From contig OX337238.1 in the NCBI GenBank assembly GCA_946965045.2, positions 186,001 through 250,000 of the forward strand: DNA of 64,000 nucleotides. The letters are read 5' to 3'. The notes beneath the pieces were generated by a model. It was not told the origin of the DNA and ran no database searches. It worked only from the letters and a program-made list of their open reading frames with translations. Positions 36,314 to 48,300 of this stretch are shown in pieces (positions within the stretch are counted from its first letter, which is position 1; every line of letters starts with the position of its first letter). A program made the translations under genes and the position numbers. The DNA is from Epithemia pelagica (lineage: Eukaryota; Protista; Bacillariophyta).

Positions 36314-39300
36314 AGGGCGTCTTGGCCCTGGTCGTCATGCGGGACCACATGGCCGCACTGCACATAACATACCATTTGTTTAAGCATTGATTACCATATT
36401 CACATCTATACCACTGAATAATATTCTCGCTCACCACCGATCCGCGAAATGGCTTATTCAGAATGTGCTTTTGCCTATTCACATCAACATGTTACTTAAT
36501 CAAACTCTATTCACTACAGTAAAACTTATTCAGAATCGACTTATTAAATCAGTATCTCCTATTCAAATTGTTATTCAACAATATCAATATTATTCAATAG
36601 TATTATTCTGAATTGGACACAAATTGTCGTCAACTTTTATTCAAAAGGGTCATGTTGAACACGGTATTACTCACCGATGAACTGTTGAATAAGACACCCA
36701 ATTCCAAATTTCTAACAAAGTTTTACACTTCGACACAAAACTTGACACGAAGACCATGCTGATCGCCGTCTCTACAAGGATGGTTTTCAAAGCACCACAC
36801 ACGTTTTTCTGTCTACAAACCTGCACACCAAAAGTCTATAAGGTAAACTGACAACCACAATTTATTTCTTAGATGAATCTTTTGTTGATCTACGCGTATG
36901 TCGTGTTCGAGCTACACTAGTCTCTCCACTCTCTGCGACAAGGACCGAATAACATGCTGCACAATACGCGAAATCACATGAGTGGTCATGTTTCTTCGCA
37001 TTGGGACAACACATAACCGGGTTCCTCGAATTCACCTTGATTCCACCATCGATACCAAACATCTTGTTACAACACAATCGCTGGCACTGTTTTGGCCAAT
37101 GTGGATTATGCATATAATATGATGGCGTAAAATACGATGATACGTCTTCTGGCACAAAACCGGATAAAACTGTATGGTCACACTTCGCTTCTCCCTGAAA
37201 TAAGAATCACACCGGTTAGATATTACCCTCCCACAACTGAAATGATTTTTTCTCTTACCTCATTCTCGGAAGATAAATTCTTTTCACCATTACCACTGTT
37301 TTTGCCATTTGCATCTCCATGTCCTTGTTCCTGTGGAACCTCAACACATGGTCAGTTAATCAATTTCTGTAACAACACATGATATACCAGTGTGTTTTCG
37401 TTCCTTACCTCCTCATTACTCTCTTTCTGCTTCTCCGGACTAACAATTATCATGGTTTCAACGACATGATTCTGAATCCTTGGACCTTGTTGGGCAACAG
37501 TTCGTTTGACAACTCTGTTCCCCCCTTCCTTCCTGTTCTTCTTATTTTGTCGTGTATTCTTTGCTGGCGAATCTTCCATACGTGCCCTTTTTGCTACATC
37601 AACACCTGAATCTCTGCTCTCCTGGCTTGTATCATTCCTTGTTGTGTTCTCACATGGTAGAGAAGTACTCCTGCTCCCCCCGGATGTCGTTGTTCCAGTC
37701 ATAATATGTTCTGGTAGAGTAGCACTCCTACTCATACTCTGTTTTGGTAGAGTAGCACTCCTACTCACCCCGTCCATGTTCCTGCTCTTGTCCTTTTGGA
37801 GGTTGGTAACGAACGGCTGACCTTCGTTGCCCCCGTCCTTCCTGTTCTTCTTATTTTGTCGTGTATTCTTTGCTGGCGAATCTTCCAAACGTGCCCGTTT
37901 TGCTATATCAACCCGGGAATCTCTGCTCTCCCGGTTTGTATCATTCCTTGTCGTGTTGTCATATGGTAGAGTAGCACTCCTGCTCCCCCCGGATTGACCC
38001 GTTCGTGATGATGGAGTATCATTGTTACTCATACTTCCATTCTTTCGCACAAACAACACAGAATAGTAATTAGAATTGAACAACCAAATGGAAGAGTAGT
38101 TTTTTCTCTTACCTGTGAATCATCATGGGCATTCGAGTTTATCATACCCAGCACAGACTGATGTGCTATATTTTTTTTCATAGATTGCATGACACCCAAC
38201 GGGACGACTGTCTCACAATCTGTGTTTTGAATGGCCATTTCTACCTCATTTCCAACGGCGTCTTCCATACCTGGAGAAAAGAGTGGTTGACTCATCAAAT
38301 CTGCAACTTCCACGACGGAAGTATCACAATCTGGTCCCTCATTTTCAGCAACTTCATTCCCATGGCATACATTGCTTTCTGTAGTATTAGGTGGGGCCTT
38401 TTTGGCTCTCTTCTTGGTATTCTTATTGATTGAGCATTCACCCTCAATATGGGCGTATAGCTCCGTCAGAAAAGAATCATCCACGTTCACACCCAACTTA
38501 TCGTAAAGAAAGTTTCGTGTTTTTTCCATGCTCTCCTGATTGCAATTAATAAACAACGACCAACATGAGTAGACTTAGAACAGACTTAAAAGGATAATTG
38601 TTTCGGCAAAAACTTACCTGGTTCGGACCTTCATCATTCCTTTGATCGTCCATTGTTTTACGTGTAACCACATAGTACATCTCTCTTGGCTTGAACCAAT
38701 ATTTCACATATTTGTTCTCGTTTGATTGCCCCTCTGTAAGAGAGACACTCCACCCTGCCTTTTTCAACATTGGGATCATTATGCCCCCAACAGTCTGTGA
38801 CTTGGCAGACCTCCCCACAGCAGAAAAGCCACTTCTATCCGTCGGACTGTTTCTTGTTCTCTTGTTGTTTTCGTTAAACTGTGGTTTGGTTTGCTTCAAC
38901 AAATACATCTTGTTCTTATACAGCCACTCATCGATCACAGTAGCCAACCACGAACGATCTCGGTGAAATTTATGAACCAATTCATATACCGCTTGTTTAT
39001 TATCCTCGTTGTAGGGAAGGTGAATCAGATAGTCACGGATATCGGATAACGTAACTGGGTGTGACGACCTTCCAGGCATCAAGATATTCTTCTGGCGTGC
39101 AACTTGACGAAAACCATCTTTGAGTTTGCTTACAACAAAGGTTCGTAAACTGTCTCGCGTTGCCTGAATTTCCAACAACATTGCCCGACCATCAGGCATG
39201 CTCCTGTCGCTCAAACCATCCGTTCGACGATTTTTTCGATACGGCCATAGTCGTTCTGCTTCCTCTTCTGTATTTGGATTACATCCAGTCAGCGGGTGGA

Positions 39301-42300
39301 AATAGTCCTTTGGATATGGGAGAAAATCCGCCGGTACTAAGTACTGATGAGCTGATGGAACATCGTAACTGACCGCACCAGTATTGTTCTCAGAATCACG
39401 TTGCACCGATCCGTTCACTCTCTCGTCGATTCTGGCTGCCACCCGATGCAGTGGATTGCTTTCCGCTGTCACACCAACTTCCATCGTCGTTACAAGATAC
39501 CCTGTTGATACTGATTAAGCACTTTTGCCGTGGTCCACAGTGTGGAAGTACAACCTTTCTACCCAACGGAATGACTTTCTACCAACCAGGCAGACTCCCT
39601 TATCCGTGACCGGCCTTGCTCTAGAAATAAATATTTGAATTTTTACTAAATACGTACTTGAAATATCTATATTGAATATTCCAATGCTCAGTGACTGATC
39701 ATGCGTCCACTTCCCTGCAACCCTCACTCTTTTCTTCATAGTCAAATAAATGAAACCCCGGCATGCGTCTTTTACCCACGCCAGCACACCCATGTCACAT
39801 TCAAATTCAAGCGTCAATCACGAATTGCATCTGGTCCGTGATTCACTGACTAATAAGATCACGACTAGAGTCAAGATCACGATTACCACTGGTCGCTCTT
39901 TCCAGTCGCTAAAAATGAGTGTGGATGGAAACCTTGCGCCATGGACGACAAATCGTATCCATTTTTTCATTGAAGTGGATGTGGAGCACCGAATCATCCC
40001 TGTTTGCCTTTGCGCACCTCAAAGCTAAATTTTGGCATCGATGGACAGAACTTTCCAGTGCCCTAAGTGTTGCCAAAGTACCCCAATTAGCCTCCATCCC
40101 AATGGACCAACCAATTACTGCAACGGTTTGTACCACGGCAGGTGTCAGAATGAATGTTGTTCTAATGCCAAAATTCCATTTTGGGTATGTCTTCCATGTC
40201 TGAACCATCAGGTGGCGCACACTGGTGGAGAGAAGGGCTATATACCTCAATGGAAGGCCCTAAATCGACATGCACAGTCGAAATTTCATCGAAATGCCAT
40301 GCAAAAATGGTTGGATACAACCAATATTCCCGGTTCCCATTGTCCTTCTCATGGCAACAACACTATTTTTCAAGGGGAAGATGAGGAGTACGAAATGGGA
40401 GACACGGAAGAGGCCCAAAATGGTTGTTTCGATCCACTCAACGGAAGAGACTCTGCGCCCAACCAAGATACACCGCTATTGTCATCACTATCGGAAGACA
40501 CCCTGAGATCAATGGGCTTCGCTGATGGCTCAAAATCTCCCTCCTTCATATGGCAAAACATGAGAGCCAATGGTCATGGATTAAAGTACCTAACTTCAAA
40601 AGCCTTTGGACTTCAGCCGGATGAAGTAACTTGGGAAGAGGCACAATTTTCTGTTCTCATGTCGTCGCTGTTGATTGAGCTATCGGGAAACCAACGCCGT
40701 TTGTTGGCCAACATCCTATTACTGGCAGGGAATGCTCCAAACCCTTCCCTGTCAATTTTCAAACAGACAAGATTGCCCACGTCGGTTGAGGATTTTGACA
40801 GATTCTATCTAAAAGGCAAAAACTCTTTCATGCAAAATCTGCCAATTCCAGTCGTTCGGAAAACACCAGATGGTCTGCATTCCTATGTTTCTCTTGTGGA
40901 TTTGGTAGCTAATGAATTTGGGAAAGCCCAGGAGTTCGACGACTTGAAAATTTCCGCTCGGATCGTTTTGGACGACTACGACCGTGTCCCTAACGTGGCG
41001 GCTACACCCCATGGTCGCAAAGTATTACTTGAGTTACAAGAATCGCCATCACAAGATTCACAACAAGATCAATGTGAGTTGCATCTCTGGTTACGGGAGT
41101 GGAGAGATGATTTCGACCCCAATAACACGAAATCCTCCCGTAACCAGGTTTGGGTGAATACATTTACGCTTGGTTCTTGTGATTCTAACCAAAATAGTGG
41201 AGCAACAACTTATTTCATGGGACTTGGAGCTAAGGGCGACGACCATTCATCAGTGGAAAAGGCACTCTTAGATGAAATGCAAAAATTCAATGCGGCTGGT
41301 CATAAACTCTTTCACGGTGGATTGAAGCGAATCGTGCATGTAAAACTCGGTAAACTTGTAACTGGAATCGATCGCCCCGAACGCACGTCCATGTTTGGAG
41401 TAGGAGACCACAATGGAACTTACTCTGTATGCTGGGGTGTGGCAACGAAAGTGGACGAGCTACAGAAAGAAAACAAACTACCCGCTTGTTCCAAATGTCG
41501 ACGGAAACGACTAAATCATCTGGGGATTATGAAACAAGGTCAGGATTCAAACAACAATCAAGGCTGTATATCCGACTGTCAAAACTGGAATTTGTTTGAA
41601 CCAGGCTTCAAATTTGCTACACCGAAGAACTATCCAACAATATATGACAAGTCCTCAGGTGCTCCTAGACCACCAAACCTAAGGCCAATCTTTAGTAAGG
41701 AAGATACTTCTGACAAGCGAAACCACCCTACCCAACATGGAAACACGAGGGTAATCAAGCAGGATGGTAAACGACAACGCAAGGATACATCTGTGGATCC
41801 ACAAAATTATCTTACATCTGTGGAACTAAGTATTCCATGGCTGAAGCAGGCAGTTATCTTCGCCCATCACAACGTCCGAACAACCAATCCGAAGCAAGGA
41901 AGGTCGTCTAGGAGTTATTGGACAAAAGGCAATTTGAGTGCATACCTACGGACTTGTGGTTGTACCAATAAACTGATCGATCAAGTTTACCTGTCGGCCA
42001 AGAATGGAGATCAAGTACCAATATTCCCTGAATCATGGCGTGACTCTTCAGGTATGCAAAGGTGCCATTATGCACCTATGCATATGGTTTTCTTGGGGAC
42101 CATGAAGACTGTCCTAGAGTTAATATTTGCGTGGATGAGTCGTCACGAATCTCTTGCCACAATGGGAAAGCAATTGAACAAGTATCTAACAGACATAAAA
42201 CTGCTTCGATGTTCGCGATTTTTTGCAGCACAACCTCTATCAACATCAAGTTGGGGAACTGGTACTTGGGTCAGTGAGAATTATCTTTTCTCAGCAAGGT

Positions 42301-45300
42301 TCCTTAAGTTTTTGTTAACTTTACCATGTTTCTCCAACCACAGAATGTTACGTCGGGAAGGAATTCAAAAAGAGCTCAAGGTTGTAAGACGATTCATTGA
42401 TTCCTTAACCGTCGCCATTTCATTGCTCATGTTGAACCAGAAGACAATTGCTAACCTGCAACAGGTGGTCGAGGTGTATTTGGATTGTCTATATGACATG
42501 GAGAACATCGAGTATGTCGCAAGTCAAGATGATTCTTCATTAGACGATACGTCCTCGACAAATAAGAAGATGAACAACATCATGAAGAGTAACTCCTTGG
42601 GATTGTTAGCTGTAACGAGGTTTCATAATGAAATGGGACCTGCCACACTTCATTGGGAAGGTGGCTTCGCAGGCGAACGGAAGATCCAGCAAGTGAAACC
42701 AGCATTGTCTATTAAGAGGGCAACTGTTGATTGGACGAAGCTTACGCTAATGCGCATGTACCAACATGATGCGTTGCATTATTTACAAGACCTTGCAGAT
42801 TTGCCTACCAAATCTGGCAGAAACAGGTTGATGGACGGAATAATTAAAGTTTATTCCCGGGAAGATTATGGACCAGACAAACTAGAGATACAGAGAAGAC
42901 CAATTTCTTGTATCATCGGAAAGGATGGGTTGTCTGTTCATATTGTTGTTTGGGATAGGACTACTTTGCAGCTACGAAAGGTCATATTTGATGACCGACA
43001 GGGAACCATGGTTGCCTGTATGTGCTGGGTGGCACCGGTCAAGTTAGCACCAGTGTCGGTGATATATGATTCAATGGATGATCTGTTAAATAGTTCTGAC
43101 TACCGAGAAGCTGGTTTATTACTCCCAATCATGGAAGAAGAATCAAGGGAATATAAGAACCAGTTCTTTTCTATCGGAAGTTCATGGTCACAGCGACTGG
43201 AAACAGGAGATTATAGTATTCCTCAGCTACAGGGACGATTATATGGTGATTGGCTTTAACTAGTTCTCGTTTGTTGGCATTCGTAAGTTATCCGGTAGCA
43301 AGGCCCATGCTTGAACTCTTGTAGAAAGCTTCTGTGTTTTGCAAAGAAATCCCTTTGTCTTTAGAAGGCATAGAACGTTTGTTGTTCGTCGCATATTGAA
43401 ATTTGGTTGGTTAATCACTTCTGTATGGAAGAATTTGGAACTTTTCCAATCATGGATTGAGGCGGCATCGATTAGGAACAGTATCACGGTATAGAGCGCT
43501 TGACGGTCGTCTTCAATATCATCTTGCTTGATGAATGGTGAACACGTCGTCCAATTTAAAATATCTGACATGGTTTTCTTGTTGACGATTTCTTTGTTCC
43601 AAGTGGGCTCGGAATTCGTTCGGATGAAGTCGATTGGAGTATTGTTTAACAAAGGGAGGAGTCTGTTCTTTGTACCCTGTCTAATCCCTTGAAGGCGACG
43701 AGGAACAAATATGACAAGTCCTTCACCCCAATCATCCCCTGATGCGTTGTTGGGTAGGATTTTCTGCAAAACCTTTTGTCGGCGTGAGTTGATTTGTGAT
43801 AGGCGTAGTACTACCTCTTTGAAGTAACGATAGGGCTCTGTGACATCAATAGTCGTAGAGGCACCACGAACGCCCATCAAGGCACGTTGTTCAGAGAGTA
43901 CAGAACGATACGACGAACCACATAGAACCATACCGCATTGAAACCACTTGCCCATTGTTATATAAGCCACGCGACTGGTGAATTGTTTGGGTTTGGTAAT
44001 CGTCAAAAGCATCGATTGACATCGACCTCCAGTCAGAATTTCATCCACAATGATGTAGAAACCGTGGCGTTTGGAAATAGCTGCGATGATAGATAAAGCG
44101 CGGTCACTTAGGACACTGCCATTTGAGGCCAGCATCAGCTCCAAGAATAGTGTTGTAATGGGCTCACAGATGCACGTCTGGTATATACAACGGGCATGTA
44201 GAACACGGAGGCATTCATCTTCGTAAATTGCCAAGGTATCTGGAGAAATAGTACCGGGGATGTGGTATGGGAGGGGAATTGTATGTTGCTTGGAAAACTT
44301 GGAAATATCTTCAGATTCTGGGTGTGCAACAAAGGATGGTCCGTCGTTGATCTGGAACGTCGTTGTGGTCCAAGACTGTAGTGGTCCTTGGTCTCCTGCT
44401 ACGTAGCTGCCACAGGCGACGAGGACCGTAGAGTTGTTTCCTTGACAAAGACTGGTGATAGCATAGAGATTGGCGTCAGAGCCGTTTGGTGTCAACTTCT
44501 CAAACGAAAATCTTCCTTGCGTGACGTCGACGATCGAATGTTTCAGCGCTTCGCCAGTTTGGTAATCATCTTCACTGAAGGCAGTGTTGTACTTCCTCTT
44601 GTACATCGATTGGTCTATTAACACAAACGTCTTGCCCCAGTTATTTGCAAGATCATCCGACATGGTTTTCCATTAAGGGACAGAGATAAGCAGGGAAGGG
44701 TCGTAGCAACTTGGAGATGTGATGTAGTAGGTCAATGGTGGAGGTTGCTCCATTTGACATACGAAAGCATTGGTAGACCACAAGATGTTGTGCTTGTTGG
44801 TGTCTTCGGAGAAGTAATTGGTTCCGAATGTCTTGGCGAGGGTCTCGCGGGGAGATTGTGAGCGTGCCGGGGTAGAAGAATGCGCGCATTTCGGTTTATA
44901 ATAATTAAAGGCACCTTGTCCGGCGTGGCATATGAGGAACTGTTGGTAGCTATTGGTACGTTGGTGGAAATGAGTTTGGAAATTTGAAGTTCTAAAACTA
45001 TATCTACAAAATGAAAGGAATTTAAAATTCCATAGAGTGGGAGATCTACTCTATGAAGGGAGACTGCGAATGACCGTCTACAATATGAAATGAAATAATA
45101 TCTATAATCTGAAATAATAGAAAGTTTCAAATTCCATAGAGTAGGAGATATACTCTATGGAGGGAGACGGCAAAGAAATGATTTGAATATAGAACGCAAG
45201 CCTCTCTATAATTTGAATGTGTGTGTATCTGGTGCGCAATCATCACCCACACGTCTAATACATCGTTTAGCAGCACAACTTCTTGTTTTCCTCTGTGCAC

Positions 45301-48300
45301 AAAGCAAAAGGAGAAGAGGTAAACTGTATTGGAGAGAACACCGTGAAAATGTCCGTGGATATCAACATGAAGAAAACATCCAACAAATCATGGAACATTG
45401 ATTACTTCTCCAGGATGGCGGAAATCCCTGAGAAGATCCCAACAAAAATCGTATATTTCTTGGCTCTGTCTGAAACGGATCGAAAGAAAGGCTTTGAGTT
45501 TTTGTTGGCCACAATGGTGACAGCATTGGGAGATTCTCGAAAGAAGTCCGATTTCAAGGAATTAAAAAAGGAGGAGGACCGTGTTTATGGCTTACCGACA
45601 TTCGTATCTTCAATGAGTGGTGGTGTTAACAAGTGTGGTGATGGGATGTTGCTCGTGCAGCGCCAGTTTTATAACGTGGGATTTAATCCCAAAGCGGAGT
45701 CCCAAATCCAGTTGGGAAGCGACTTTCGGGTTCGGAGTGCGTTTCTGATTGTGGTGGGAAACAAGGTTGTGGGAAAGTTTCAGATGCTGCATCGGGAGAT
45801 CTTCCATATCGAGGAAGACGGTTGTATGACGATCAAGTATTGTGATAAGTGTGATCCAGAAGATTATCCCAGGGAAATCTTCAAAATGTTAAACGTGAAT
45901 GTGGAGAATGCCTTTGTGGCAACGACTTTGTACGGTGTGGATGAAAATGGGCGTCCTGCAAACGATACGCTTGCGATCTGTACGACAGATAACAAAATGT
46001 AGACACTATGTGATTTGTATTGCTGTATGTAGTCCCTCTCATCTCTCGTCAACCTTTTGTTCCTTCATTTATCATCACAAAGCTTTTTTTCTCTCTCTCT
46101 CCTCATCTCTCTCGTCGCGTATGTGTCTCGTCGTCTTTTTCTGTGTTGCAATCTTTATTCACAATGATAGATTTGAATAAATCTTCTTAAACAGAATGTT
46201 TCGTTGCTTTACTCAAATACGGTAGGATTGCATTGAATGTTGATAATTCAGAAGATAGTGTTCTGATTACGACAGTGATCAGTATGGATTGCGGAATAGA
46301 GCCCTTAATCAAACTGTAATGGTGATTAAAAATTACGAGATAAAAAAAGAGAGTAATCAGTAGCAAAAATTCTGAATAAAAATAAAACAACAGGGAAAAC
46401 TGTTGTTCAGTAGCAAAGTGATGTGCAGTGCGGTGCGGGGGCCGGCGACGGTGGGATCGTCAGTCTCGATCAAGGACTGTGCGTAATCCCACGCGTCTTG
46501 CGCGTCTTGGTCGGTGCAGAAAGACCGAATGTCGTGGAGGTACCGCTGGATGTCCGGCAGTCTCGACGGGTTATGGGTGCGGACGTAGTTGGCTATTGTT
46601 TCCATTTCGTTCGCTGTTGCTCCGGACTGGGGGATGTCCGTGTCGTCGTCGATCAATGGTTGGGATCCGTCGGTGCCTTCCTCGGTTTCCATGGCGTCGT
46701 CGTCGAATTCTGCTTCGTCGTCGGAATGTTCTGTGTCGCTTCGCTTTTCTGCCAGGGGCGAGAATTGGTTGTTGTTGGCGGTTGGTTTGGTGTTGTCTTC
46801 TCCGGTGGTTTCGTGTGGCGGCGACCGGAGGTGAGGGGAGTTGGCGACTACTTCCTGCCAGTTTGTTCCGTCGTCGTATGGATCGTTGTTGTCCTGCCAT
46901 GGTCGTTTGTTCGGTGGTGGTGTGCCGGGGGGGCTGGTGCGGGTCCTTGTGTCGCCGCGGCTTTGTTCCTCGTCTGTTGGTTCGGTGTATTCGTTGTGGG
47001 TCCTGTCTGTTTGGTTTGTGCGTCGTCGTAGGATCCTGGTTGTGAATGCAACGAGGCGGTTGGTGTGGCTTCCTGTTGATGGGCTGTGTGGGTTGTTGGC
47101 GTCCAGTGGCCTCGGTGGCGACGCGGCCATGGCGGCCATGGTGGGGAGCAAAATGTTGTCGGGGAAGTTCTCGTGTTGTCGAATGGAAGTTGCGTTCAGG
47201 TGATGTGTATCCGGGGTGCGTCGCAGATATAACGTGTAGGATTCGGGGTCAGGGTCGGCGTTTGCATACTCTGGAAAGAGTCCGGCAAATTCTTCCATGG
47301 AGGCTAGTTGGTCCCAGTCTTCCTCGGTTGCTTCCAAGTTTATTGGGCGGAGACGGATCTTGACGCATGCGTTGAAATGTTGGTCAAGATCTTTGAGTGC
47401 TTCCAGTGTTGTGGTCCTGGCAGCTTGAGTCTTTGGCATCGGTAGGAGTTGGATGCAGTTGTCAAACCAGCAGAGTTCCTGGTTTTGGTTGGTTGTTTGA
47501 TGTGCGTTGTAGGAGCGCATCAGGCTTTCGAAGTTCAATCGCGACGAGGCGGCGATGTAGATAACGGGGACTTGTCCGCGCTGTTTCGACTTCAGTTCTC
47601 CGCTGAAGACTCCTGCGCGGCATCCAATGTGGTTGTGGAAATCAAGCCCTTGAAGTTTGTCGGGCAAGTGTGGGGTGAGGAGGTTCCGGATGGTTGTGGC
47701 CAAGTTGACCAGGCTGCGGCGGTGTTTGAGTGCTGAGGCTGGAATGCCTGCCACGATGCCGTGTGTTTCGCATGCGCGGTTGTTGCATGCCGGCGTGTAA
47801 ATGTTAATTTGGTCAAACCTGGGGTTGACCGTCGGGTTTGATTGTGGGGTGCCGTTTCGTAGCACACATTGGTCGCCCCTTTCGTCAAACTGGTAGTCGT
47901 CCCGGTGGTGACGATGCCAAAGTTGGGTGACCAAGCGGAGGCCTTGGTCCATGAAGACGTCGCTGTCGAATTGGTCGTTGGTTGGTGCCGGTGAGAGGGT
48001 TACGTGGAAGGAGGAGGTGTGGTTCCTGGTTCCGCGGCTCGTCGTTTCGTTGGTGTTGTTTTGGCGTGGTGGGTTTCGGGGGCCTTGTTTCGTTTCAAGA
48101 AAGTCCACTCGGTGAACCTGCAGACTCATTGGGTCTTCGCCCTGGCGATGGCTGTGGTGGGCGAGGATGTCGCTGATGTGGTCTTTGATGGATTTCTCCG
48201 TGAGGCGTGGGAGGGATGACTCCACTTGTGGGTTTGCATGGTGCACCACTGCCACGTGTAGGTGGATGAGGATGCTCGGGGCTTCTTTTTTGGGGCCTGG

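Larger units (their letters stand above)
36356..46430. mobile_element. 10,075-bp CACTG-ended CMC/CACTA-type DNA transposon (element 2)
   Basis: Termini CACTGCACAT (36356) and ATGTGCAGTG (46430), with a 2-bp direct repeat CG on both flanks. TATTCA motifs are dense at the left subterminus and TGAATA occurs at the right. Removing the element restores the retrotransposon frame. Confidence 0.88.
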
